Below, piece after piece: positions 8,207-16,848 of a stretch of 27,953 nucleotides of DNA. The DNA is from an uncultured delta proteobacterium. GTDB lineage: Bacteria > Desulfobacterota > Binatia > UBA9968. The notes beneath the pieces were generated by a model. It saw only the letters and a program-made list of their open reading frames with translations, was not told the DNA's origin and searched no databases. Made by a program: the position numbers and the translations under genes. Location: assembly GCA_963840855.1 (NCBI GenBank), contig CAWJBB010000009.1, forward strand, positions 1 to 27,953, in the 5' to 3' direction. Numbering within the stretch: position 1 is the stretch's first letter; every line of letters begins with the position of its first letter.

Positions 8207-8839
8207 ATGATCGACTTCGAAGGACGACACATCCCCAACCAGTTAAGCGAAATCGTCGACCCCAAACACACAGTGCTTTTGGTTTGGGATATGCAGAATG
8301 ACCAGGCCGGCGGGTCGTTTAACAAAGAGGCGTTGATTCGCACCGCGCCGCCGCTCATCGCCGCGGCAGCGCAAGCCAAAATCACCACGGTTTACACCCG
8401 GCAGACGCCTTTTTTGTGGAAAGACGAGGCGGTAACGTGGATTCGCCGGGCGATGATCGATCAAAAGGTCGACCATCCGACCAAACTCAAACCGCGCCGC
8501 ATCAAAGGGAGTTTCGGCTGGCAATTCCTGGAGCCTATCAAGCCCGCCGAAAACGATTTCGTCATCGACAAGCGCCGGCCGACGATGTTCATCGGCAACG
8601 AGTTCGAGACCATCATGCACAACCGCGGCGCGACCAGTGTCGTTATGATCGGCTGCACCACCGACGGTGGCGTCGAAGCAACCGTGCGCGATGGATATAA
8701 TCGCGGCTACCTGATGGTGGTCGTGCGCGATTGCGTCGGCACCTACACCCAGGAAGGCCATAACGCCGCGCTCCAGCGCATGGTGCGCTACGCCGATGTC
8801 GTGGAATCGAAAGAACTGATCGGCCATTGGCTCCGATAA
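8207..8839 (+). CDS. Isochorismatase/cysteine-hydrolase family protein (nucleophile Cys replaced by Gly)
   Basis: LLVWDMQND, IDKRR, GCTTDGGVEATVRDG...RGY and VVRDCVG motifs. RBS GAGGTG supports ATG 8207 over the ORF start at 8003. Confidence 0.9.
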   Translation: MIDFEGRHIPNQLSEIVDPKHTVLLVWDMQNDQAGGSFNKEALIRTAPPLIAAAAQAKITTVYTRQTPFLWKDEAVTWIRRAMIDQKVDHPTKLKPRRIKGSFGWQFLEPIKPAENDFVIDKRRPTMFIGNEFETIMHNRGATSVVMIGCTTDGGVEATVRDGYNRGYLMVVVRDCVGTYTQEGHNAALQRMVRYADVVESKELIGHWLR

Positions 8840-8909
8840 CCTCGAAGACGGATATTTGCGATTTTTGCGTTGACGACGTCAATACCCTGCAGCAGCATGA
8901 AAGGAGTCG

Positions 8910-9884
8910 ATGATGAGTAACCCGAACGGTGCTAAGGCTTTGCACGTCGCGACATTTTCGGGCTGGTATCGTTTCGAGCAGCGCGGCAAAGATTTTATAC
9001 AAACCAAACGCGATCTCTCTTACTGGACGCTCACCTGCATGTCGGTTGACCCGGATGACCCAAACACGATTTACGCCGGCACCGAGCACTCCGGACTCTT
9101 CTACACCAAAGACGCCGGCGCACACTGGCATAGAGCTGACCCGCAAGTGCCCAAGATGTTCCTGTATTCCGCCCTGGCTCTGAACGGCGGTGTCATGGTG
9201 GGTACCGTTCCTTCGGCGGTTTACCGGAGCAAACATGGCGGTGGATGGGAAGAATTGGCGGGCGTGCGCCTGCACAGCGCGGCTGCGAATTTTCCACCGA
9301 GCCCGGAGCTCCAGTCGCGCACACGCTATTTAACGTTCGACCCTGAAAATAAGAACCGTCTCTACGCCGGCATCGAAGTCGGTGGGATGATCGTGAGCGA
9401 CGACGGCGGACGGGGTTGGGAGCCGGCGAACGAAGGTCTCACCGACATGGACATCCATGAAGTCCTTGCGTCCAAAGAGCACTCCGGCATGGTCTTTCTC
9501 GCCTGCGGCGAGGCCTGCTTTCGTAGCCACGACCGTGGCGGCCATTGGGAAAACATTTCACCGAAAAATCATGACTACGGGATCTCCGTCGCCGAAGATA
9601 AAGACGGCGTCGTCTACGTCGGCGCGGCCCGAGGGCGCCCCAATCTGTGGATCCGCGAACAAGGCGCCAAGTCGGCGATCCTGCGCAGCGGCGACAAAGG
9701 CTCGACCTGGGAAACAGTCGTCGACGGACTGAAGGGCGGCGTCATGCATCTGTGCTCCATGCCGGACGGCAACGGCATGGTCGCCGGCACTTCGGATGGG
9801 ACTTTGCTGGTTGTCGACGACTCAGGGGCGCGCGAAGTAGCAGGCGGGCTACCGTTCGTAACGTCGGTGCAACTGGCGGCGTAA
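8910..9884 (+). CDS. Second WD40/YVTN/BNR (Asp-box) beta-propeller protein
   Basis: RBS AAGGAG. Repeats TKDAGAHW, SDDGGRGW, SHDRGGHW, SGDKGSTW; NFPPSPELQSRTRYL parallels SFPAPPHIAHTKFI of the first propeller. Confidence 0.85.
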   Translation: MMSNPNGAKALHVATFSGWYRFEQRGKDFIQTKRDLSYWTLTCMSVDPDDPNTIYAGTEHSGLFYTKDAGAHWHRADPQVPKMFLYSALALNGGVMVGTVPSAVYRSKHGGGWEELAGVRLHSAAANFPPSPELQSRTRYLTFDPENKNRLYAGIEVGGMIVSDDGGRGWEPANEGLTDMDIHEVLASKEHSGMVFLACGEACFRSHDRGGHWENISPKNHDYGISVAEDKDGVVYVGAARGRPNLWIREQGAKSAILRSGDKGSTWETVVDGLKGGVMHLCSMPDGNGMVAGTSDGTLLVVDDSGAREVAGGLPFVTSVQLAA

Positions 9885-9912
9885 GACGTGAGCGGCCAAT
9901 GGCGCTAACGAC

Positions 9913-9937
9913 GTAGGGGTGCATGCTGCGCCCTTAC
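9913..9937 (+). repeat. Degenerate GTAG-type REP-like palindrome
   Basis: GTAGGGGTGCATGCTGCGCCCTTAC: GTAG start, imperfect inverted repeat, intergenic position after a stop codon. Confidence 0.55.
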
Positions 9938-9953
9938 ATAGGTTGAGAAATGA

Positions 9954-10112
9954 CCATGGCTTAATAAAATTAAGTTTGGCGAGTTTATAACGCGCAAAGG
10001 CATCCATCCCCCGCTCCCGGATGTAGAAAAGATCCGGGTCGTCGAAATGGACGAGCCCGATGCAATCACGATGGCCGAGAAGCGCAAAGAGTATAGAAAG
10101 ATTTTTCAATGA
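9954..10112 (+). pseudogene. C-terminal gene remnant, probably an extracellular solute-binding protein
   Basis: Start-less open frame ..KFGEFITRKGIHPPLPDVEKIRVVEMDEPDAITMAEKRKEYRKIFQ*. It resembles, from recall, C-termini of ABC substrate-binding proteins. Upstream in-frame TGA at 9951. Confidence 0.5.
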
Positions 10113-10199
10113 AAGTCGGAGCGTTGGGCCGGCAAACCTATCACTCTGCGACCCCAATACTCCATCACTCCATATCTTCTCGTAAGAGGTGTTTGCGCC

Positions 10200-10844
10200 A
10201 TGAAACTTTACACATTCTTCCGCAGTTCAGCGTCCTATCGCGTGCGTATCGCGCTCAATCTGAAGGGGCTCCGCTATGAGCAGGCGCCGATCCATCTGCG
10301 CCGAGCCGGCGGCGAGCAGTTGCAGCCCGCCTTCAAGGCAATCAATCCACAGGCTCTGGTGCCCGCACTTGAGGATGATGGCCGCATCCTGACGCAGTCG
10401 CTGGCGATTATTGAGTACCTCGACGAGAAATTTCCTAACCCGCCGTTGCTTCCCAAAGATCCGGCTGATAAGGCGTTGGTGCGCAGTATGGCGCTGGTGA
10501 TCGCCTGCGAGGTTCATCCAATACAAAACCTGCGCGTGCTTAACTACGTCAAGAGCGCTTATAATCAAACTGACGAGCAGGTAAACCGCTGGTCCCAGCA
10601 CTGGATGAACCTCGGCTTTACGGCTCTGGAGCAGTTGATTGTTGCGCAACCGAGCCGCGGAAGGTTTTGCGTTGGCGACAGGCCGACGTTGGCCGACATT
10701 TGTCTCGTACCGCAACTTGGCAACGCCCGGCGCTACGGGTGCGACTTGTCCCAATACCCGGCGATTCAAGGCATTGAAAAAAACTGCATGGCGCTTTCCG
10801 CTTTTTCCGGCGCCGCGCCGGAAAAACAACCTGACGCGGAATAA
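10200..10844 (+). CDS. maiA: Maleylacetoacetate/maleylpyruvate isomerase (GST zeta class)
   Basis: FRSSASYRVRIALNLKG, INPQALVPAL, LTQSLAIIEYLDE, ACEVHPIQNLRVL, LADICLVPQ and PEKQPDA motifs; RBS GAGGTG. Confidence 0.95.
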   Translation: MKLYTFFRSSASYRVRIALNLKGLRYEQAPIHLRRAGGEQLQPAFKAINPQALVPALEDDGRILTQSLAIIEYLDEKFPNPPLLPKDPADKALVRSMALVIACEVHPIQNLRVLNYVKSAYNQTDEQVNRWSQHWMNLGFTALEQLIVAQPSRGRFCVGDRPTLADICLVPQLGNARRYGCDLSQYPAIQGIEKNCMALSAFSGAAPEKQPDAE

Positions 10845-10928
10845 CGTTTTCGAGTTCCGATTTCCTGGTTTCCTGTCAACCCGAAACCAAACAACTGAGG
10901 TGATAAACTAACCCGTACGTTCATCCGC

Positions 10929-11705
10929 ATGTTTGTCCTCAAGCAGTTTCTAAAACAACTCATTCTGCCGCCGATGGCCTGGATGTTGCCGCTTTTCGTT
11001 GTTTTAATTTTCTGGCACCGGCGCTGGGCGCGTAAACTGCTCTTTCTCACTCTATGCGGGATTTTGATTCTTCATAGCGGCTTGTTCGGCCACTGGCTTC
11101 GCTACCCTCTTGAATCCCGTTTTGCGCCGCTGCTGAATCCGCAAGACTTCGAGCCTTACCAAGCCATCGTCGTGCTAACGAGCGCGTCGATCCCCGTTGG
11201 GGGCTTGGTGCCGTATCCAACCATTGACGAGTCTATGTTTCGCCGTCTCGATGAAGCCTGGCGGCTCTACAAATTTCAGCCCAAGCCGATCATCGTGTCA
11301 GGCGGACACGTCAATCCCTTCACTCCCGATCAGGATGAAAACAAAATCGCCCGCGACTACTTGATCCGCTGGGGTGTGCCGCCGCATCACGTGTTCGGTG
11401 AAGCGAAGTCCCGCGACACATTTGAAAGCGCGGTGGAGACTGGTAAACTGCTGAAGCAAAAAGGTTGGAAGCGCTATCTACTCGTGACTTCGGCGCTACA
11501 TATGCCGCGCAGCATGCTGGCATTTTCATCCGAAGCACCGGAGCCGATACCGGCGCCCGGTGATTTCACTCTACGGGAGTGGAAGCTCTCGCCGCTCGAT
11601 TTCGCGCCCACCGTGAGCGCAGCCCGAGCCATCGCCTTGACCCTGCATGAGTATATTGGATTGGCGAACTACTATTCGCGGATCGCGTTTGGCGAAAATT
11701 CCTGA
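10929..11705 (+). CDS. YdcF/ElyC/SanA (DUF218) family membrane protein
   Basis: N-terminal TMs (LILPP), IIVSGG, EAKSRDTFESA, LLVTSALHMPRS, PAPGDF and LHEYIG motifs. Confidence 0.92.
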   Translation: MFVLKQFLKQLILPPMAWMLPLFVVLIFWHRRWARKLLFLTLCGILILHSGLFGHWLRYPLESRFAPLLNPQDFEPYQAIVVLTSASIPVGGLVPYPTIDESMFRRLDEAWRLYKFQPKPIIVSGGHVNPFTPDQDENKIARDYLIRWGVPPHHVFGEAKSRDTFESAVETGKLLKQKGWKRYLLVTSALHMPRSMLAFSSEAPEPIPAPGDFTLREWKLSPLDFAPTVSAARAIALTLHEYIGLANYYSRIAFGENS

Positions 11706-11728
11706 GCCTATCGTCCCGCCGATCGCGC

Positions 11729-11959
11729 ATGATCAACCAACGATACTTGCAGATCGCCGGCGAGGTGAGAAAGCGGTTATTGAGCATCGTGCGCGCCGTC
11801 GAGACGGGCAATGAACCGCCGCATCTCATCATGATTCCGGGGCACAATGACATGCGCCACGTCGCGTGTATCGTGACGACGATCCCGGCCTCGATCGATC
11901 CGAAGCGACATATCGCGGAATTGCTAACGAAAGAAAAACGCTGGGAAGTTACGGCGTAA
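11729..11959 (+). CDS. Small hypothetical protein (76 aa)
   Basis: ATG-started ORF co-oriented with the upstream gene, with plausible codon usage but no recognised motif or clear RBS. Confidence 0.35.
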   Translation: MINQRYLQIAGEVRKRLLSIVRAVETGNEPPHLIMIPGHNDMRHVACIVTTIPASIDPKRHIAELLTKEKRWEVTA

Positions 11960-12152
11960 AGGTGGACCGAGTCGTCTCGCAAACGCGCCGGTTCGACACA
12001 GCGGCCGCACAATCTCAAGGACGAGGGCACGGCCGCGCTCTCGGAATTCGTCACGAGCCGGGAAAACACTAATCGGCGGATGCGGCAAAATTCTTCCGCA
12101 CGGAAATTAGAAGGTTTCAACGCTTATTTGCGAATAAGAAGTGAGTTCGTCT

Positions 12153-13244
12153 TTATACAACGACTCCATTCGATCTAAGTGCCGCTTTATATCGCTTTGA
12201 GATCTCCGGGTCTTCGTTTTCGTACGGGATCATCCAACCGCCTTCATCGACGCTGCGAAACACGTCGTCATCTGTCTTCTGGTGCGATACTTTGAAACCG
12301 AGCGGGTAGATGCGGCTGCCGTAGCGCACGGCCAGGTGTCGCGCGGGTTCCTTGCCGGAATTAAAATGCTGATGAAACCAGTCGCCCGGCGGGCAGTATA
12401 TACTGCCCTCGCCCCATTTGATCTCGGTTACCTGGTCCTCGTAGCCGTCGCTGTAGGGGTGGATGCCCCACTGCTTGTGCCAAAGCAGTACGTAGCCAAC
12501 GGACTGCGTGCCGACGATAATCGCGCCTGGGCCATGGTAGTGCGCTTTGTGATATTTCCCCACCGGCCATTCGCCCAGGTGACCGACGAGAGCGTTTCCC
12601 GCCATCTCGAACTGTGCCAGGCGCAATCCGGCGCCTTTGACTTCAAGATTTTCCAGGAAAGCGGACTTGATATCGGGTATGAAATTGGTCTCCCAGATAT
12701 TGATCAAACCGCTGACATATCGTTTCTTGCCGACCTCGAAAAAGTCTTCTTCGCCAAAGAAGCGGTCTTTGAAACTATAGGGGCAGTTAAAAACGAAGTT
12801 CTCGTCGCGATAAATATCGAAAGCCAGCGGTGCGTTGGTGACGGCGAGAAAGCGCACTGGCTCCCGTGAGCCGTTCAGCAACCGGTGCGTCGTGTTCATC
12901 GGCGGCGCAAACAGACTCCACTTGTTCCACTCGAACAATTTCTTGTGCCCGTGATCGTCCCAAAGCTCGGTGGCGCCCTGGCCGTTCAAAATACAAACCA
13001 CTTCTTCATACAGGTGCCGCTCCGGTTCGAGCGCGTCGCCCGGTGCTATCTCACCGATATAGCCGCCGGTGATGCCCTGCATGCCGTGAAGTTGAATGAA
13101 CGCTGCCTTACCGCCCATGCGCTCCCACGGCGCCACTTCGAGCGTGCGCAGGTCTGCCATCCCATGTCCCATATGGACTGGGAGTCCCTGACCTTTCATC
13201 CAGCGCACATATCCGGTTTTTTGATTTATCGGTGCAATATCCAT
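12153..13244 (-). CDS. Bicupin-domain protein (gentisate-1,2-dioxygenase-like architecture)
   Basis: Two cupin modules: ERHLYEE...PPMNTTHR and HKAHYHGPG...PPGDWFHQHFN. RBS AAAGGAGA before ATG 13244. Confidence 0.82.
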   Translation of the reverse strand: MDIAPINQKTGYVRWMKGQGLPVHMGHGMADLRTLEVAPWERMGGKAAFIQLHGMQGITGGYIGEIAPGDALEPERHLYEEVVCILNGQGATELWDDHGHKKLFEWNKWSLFAPPMNTTHRLLNGSREPVRFLAVTNAPLAFDIYRDENFVFNCPYSFKDRFFGEEDFFEVGKKRYVSGLINIWETNFIPDIKSAFLENLEVKGAGLRLAQFEMAGNALVGHLGEWPVGKYHKAHYHGPGAIIVGTQSVGYVLLWHKQWGIHPYSDGYEDQVTEIKWGEGSIYCPPGDWFHQHFNSGKEPARHLAVRYGSRIYPLGFKVSHQKTDDDVFRSVDEGGWMIPYENEDPEISKRYKAALRSNGVVV

Positions 13245-13304
13245 GATTTCTCCTTTATCCAAACCGTTTCTTTTAAGAAGTCATGCGAAGCGCGATCAAA
13301 CATC

Positions 13305-13630
13305 CTATTCGCCACCGGACGTGAACGAATAGGGCGGATTGCTGCGAAAAATGTTCTCGGAAACTTTGGCATAAACGAGATTGACGATATCTACTGCTTC
13401 ACCGATACCCAAGTCCACGGATCTTTATTGCTTGTGAGACCCTGGTGCGACAGCGCTTCGATCTCAACGATCTGTCCCGGTTCAATCGTCAGCGCCAGCG
13501 GCAAGTTGGCAGCGATAGAGCCCCAAAGAATGGTGTCGGGAGTCGATAGGAGCTTGGCGTCGGGCTCGATGGACCTTGGATTGATGCGATTCGGAGCCGC
13601 ATCAGCCGCAGCCAGTGTATTTTTGCTCAT
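13305..13630 (-). pseudogene. Acetamidase/formamidase-family gene with a large internal deletion
   Basis: N-terminus (STPDTILWG...LTIEPGQIVEIEALSHQG...KDP) is joined out of frame at about 13418 to a C-terminus-like segment (VDLGIGEAVDIVNLVYAKVSENIFRSNPPY..*). Confidence 0.72.
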
Positions 13631-13675
13631 ACGCGGAAATAACTATCCGATATGAGCGGTGGGTGTCAATTCAGC

Positions 13676-14763
13676 TCATGCCGGCAAACGAATCCCGAGA
13701 GACTCATCTGGTTCACCCTGGTCGCGATTTTTTTTGTAGAAGGTAAGTGCGGTGCGCGCGAGGATTGGAGATGGCTCGGAGAGCCGCGCGGCAGGGCCCA
13801 CGAGATCGTTCTCGGGCGCAGCCGCGGGAGGAGATTCGACAGATGCGGCGCTGGCGCTTTCGGCGCTTTGCGGCGCCGCCGCTTTGCGCGCCGCGACCAA
13901 GCAGACGGGCGTTCGAAGGATTCACAGGAACGCGACGTGATGAGGAATTACGATGATGAACCGGTCCTCAGGAATATTGAGCATAGTTCGCGCCTTGGAC
14001 TCCATTTCCAAAAAAGCTTCCGTGAAATCGTCTGCTCCTGGCCACGAGCAATAACTCTCTTCCCAACGTAGCACCGACACGTTTTTCGGGCCGGCCACGC
14101 CGTGACGCAAGAGAAACTGCTTCGCCCAGTCAGACTTGACGGCGTAATGATCCATTGGCAACTGGCTCAGGGTATCTTGTTGCCCAAAGGGCTGATCTCC
14201 AGCCCGATGACGGGAATCCCCTTGCGGCGCCCTTGTGAAACCAACCATGTATAGAGGCCACAGCTCGCCCTCGTATTGTTGTCAACCCCCATGAGCGGCA
14301 CGATGATGGCGTCTGCCGCCAGCGGAATCGATGGCTGCGCGCCAAAAAGCTGCAAGGAACAGAGAAAATCATCCATCGCCAGCACCTTCCACAAAGGAAG
14401 TTGGCTCCCAGGGATATGCACATGGGCGGTTTCGCGGATCATCTCATCGGTGGCCCGCAGCCGCTCAGCGACGCTTACTCCAGGTGATTCGATGGCGACG
14501 AATTCCGCTTCGAGCTGGTGATTTTTTGCCGCTTGCAATGCCTCTTTATCGTGCGATACCGCGACGACGTTCCAGCCGGTCTGATCTTTCAACTTCTTCG
14601 CGAGGCGCCAGATCTTGGTCTCGGAGTAACCGAAGTCCGCATCGCCAACCGCGAATAACACACGCGGCCTTTTGCTCGAACTCACTGGCGCGTCGACTCC
14701 GCTAAAGCTCGAAGTCGAGGGCGTGGACTGTGCTCCGCGTTTTGTTTTGGATTTCTTCGACAA
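13676..14763 (-). pseudogene. Disrupted hypothetical protein at the end of the glycosylation cluster (possible glycosyltransferase-like)
   Basis: TTG 14763 follows RBS AAGGGAGA. Frameshift near 14175 (..SPLGNK / TLSQLPMDHYAVK..), in-frame TGA at 13924-13922, then a low-complexity tail in the same frame to 13676. Confidence 0.6.
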
Positions 14764-14782
14764 TGGAGTCTCTCCTTGAAAA

Positions 14783-16846
14783 TCACGCCCGGCGAAATAC
14801 TGGCTGCACCGGCTTGCCTTCCAACATTTCTTCGACCCTGTTCCGCCGGATCGCCTCGCCGGTGATCTCCATCGCAGCGCGATAGACCCGAAGAGCGTAT
14901 TCGATGTCTTCATTACTGTGGCTGAAGCAAAGATTATGGCCGCCGGAGAAAAGCACGCCGCGCTTAAGGCACTCCTGCTGAAACAGACTCTTGACCAAAA
15001 GCGATTCCCGCCCGCTCTCATCGAAGAAGCTCACCACCGTACGCGGCGGCAAGCCGGCACAGCGCACTAACTTTTCGACGCCGAATTGCCTCGCCAAAAC
15101 GTTCAAACCATCCTTGATCTTGCCGCCCTGTTCCCAATTATGGGCAATGACTTCTTTTTCGGCGATCTCCTTCATGGTCGCCAGGCACGCCGCCAGCGAC
15201 AACGCTTCGCCGCCGAAGGTAAAGGAGAAGAACGTCTGCTCGAAATGGTTCATGATCTCGCGCGGACCGACTACGGCGGACAACGGGTAACCGTTGGCCA
15301 TCGCCTTGCCGAAGCAAGCAAGATCAGGAACGACGCCAAAATATTCCTGGGCGCCGCCCCGGGCCAAGCGAAATCCGGTAATCACTTCGTCGAAAATTAG
15401 CAGACAGCCTTCACGGCTGCAGAGCTCGCGCACTTGCTGCAAAAAACCTCCCTCCGGCTCCGCCACACCGATGGGCTCGAGGATAACGGCCGCCACCCGC
15501 CTGCGGTTCTCGTCCAAAATTCGCTTGAGGCTCTCAATATTGTTGTATTCGAAGCTAGCGGTCAGCTGGGCGACGGCTTTGGGGACACCACGGTTAAAAG
15601 TCGTCGTGCCGATGTACCAGTCCTGCCACCCGTGATAACCGCAGCAGGCAATCATGTCTCGCCCCGTATAGGCTCGCGCCAGGCGCACCGCGCCAGCGGT
15701 GGCATCCGAGCCATTCTTGCCGAAGCGGACCATCTCGGCGCACGGCACCATCGCCGCTAACCGCTCCGCCACTTCGATTTCTAGCGGATGCGGCAGGGAA
15801 AACGAAACACCTTGAGTCAGCTGGCGGCGCACTGCTTCATCAACCGCCGGATAACAATGTCCCAGAATGATCGGTCCAAGGGCCATGGGAAAATCGACAT
15901 ATTCGTTACCGTCGGCGTCCCATACGTGACTGCCGTTACCACGCACTAAGAATGCCGGCGCCACGCCTTGAACATACTGAGTTGCGCCCTTACTTAGAGT
16001 CTGCGAACCGCCTGGAATCACGCGCGCCGCGCGCCGCGCTAGATCCTGTGAAAGATCGAGCCTGCGCTTTCGCTGCGGCAGCGGCGTTTCCCGGGCAAGG
16101 GAATGGTAAAAACCTTCGTTGCGGATCAGTCCGGCATTGAGGTCTCCCAGTATGGGTTCGGCGTCGAGCAACGCCAACACCTCGCGCCAGCCGAAAAACT
16201 CCCTAGCCCCCAGGCGCGCGTAGACAGCGCGGACGAATTCAAGATCGCGGGGTTCGTCGACGGTCCAGCGCAAGTGTCTGGTCGACTGCCCCAGTTCGCT
16301 TCGCACGTTGCGCAAACTAAACCGCCGCGAGGTCCTGATGAACGGCGTTACGTGCTCCCGGTCGGCGGCCCGCCGGCCATTGCGCCAGGCGATTTCCAAC
16401 GCCGCGAAAGAAAACACCTCGGCGTCGAGACCGTCGGGATAAGTGCAAACCAGCGTATTGGACGCGTAGTCACACTCTTCGCTCAAAAACGTCGTGATTA
16501 CCCGATCCACCACTTCGGAATCGATCAAAGGGCAGTCACCGGTAATGCGCACCACAATGTCGGCCCTGGCGCTCTTGGCCGCCTCATAGTAACGGTCCAG
16601 AACGTCAGTTTCGTGACCGCGAAACACTTTAAAGTTTTTTTGCGTTGCGGCCTCGGCGATGGGGTCATCCCCTTGGGCGCTGGAGGTCGCAACGATCACG
16701 TCCTTGATAAGCCGTGATCTTCCGAGTCGCGACACGATATGCTCCAGCATCGGCTTTCCGCCCACGTTTTCCAGCACCTTACCCGGGAGCCGGGTAGAGC
16801 TCATGCGCGCCTGTACGATGGCTACAATATTGCGTTCGTGTTCCAC
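14783..16846 (-). CDS. SpsF-type cytidylyltransferase fused to class III PLP aminotransferase
   Basis: N-terminal QARMSSTRLPGKVL, DVLDRY, RITGDCPLID, REHVTP, RWTVD; C-terminal PGGSQTLSK, KNGSDAT, YHGWQDW, FDEVITGFR, FGKAMANG. Confidence 0.93.
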   Translation of the reverse strand: MEHERNIVAIVQARMSSTRLPGKVLENVGGKPMLEHIVSRLGRSRLIKDVIVATSSAQGDDPIAEAATQKNFKVFRGHETDVLDRYYEAAKSARADIVVRITGDCPLIDSEVVDRVITTFLSEECDYASNTLVCTYPDGLDAEVFSFAALEIAWRNGRRAADREHVTPFIRTSRRFSLRNVRSELGQSTRHLRWTVDEPRDLEFVRAVYARLGAREFFGWREVLALLDAEPILGDLNAGLIRNEGFYHSLARETPLPQRKRRLDLSQDLARRAARVIPGGSQTLSKGATQYVQGVAPAFLVRGNGSHVWDADGNEYVDFPMALGPIILGHCYPAVDEAVRRQLTQGVSFSLPHPLEIEVAERLAAMVPCAEMVRFGKNGSDATAGAVRLARAYTGRDMIACCGYHGWQDWYIGTTTFNRGVPKAVAQLTASFEYNNIESLKRILDENRRRVAAVILEPIGVAEPEGGFLQQVRELCSREGCLLIFDEVITGFRLARGGAQEYFGVVPDLACFGKAMANGYPLSAVVGPREIMNHFEQTFFSFTFGGEALSLAACLATMKEIAEKEVIAHNWEQGGKIKDGLNVLARQFGVEKLVRCAGLPPRTVVSFFDESGRESLLVKSLFQQECLKRGVLFSGGHNLCFSHSNEDIEYALRVYRAAMEITGEAIRRNRVEEMLEGKPVQPVFRRA

Positions 16847-16848
16847 GA

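Noticed and set aside
10802-10826. 11-bp stem hairpin tttttccggcg-ccg-cgccggaaaaa as a terminator
   Set aside because: It lies inside the maiA coding region, and the T-run precedes the stem on both strands.
12885-13655. 256-aa plus-strand ORF and similar long antisense ORFs (10227-10829, 16103-16717, 20227-20862, 25440-26075)
   Set aside because: They lie opposite well-supported genes and have no motifs; expected in GC-rich coding DNA.
14764-15021. First 86 codons of the 284-aa ORF 14167-15021
   Set aside because: Overlaps the aminotransferase C-terminus out of frame; the likely start is TTG 14763.
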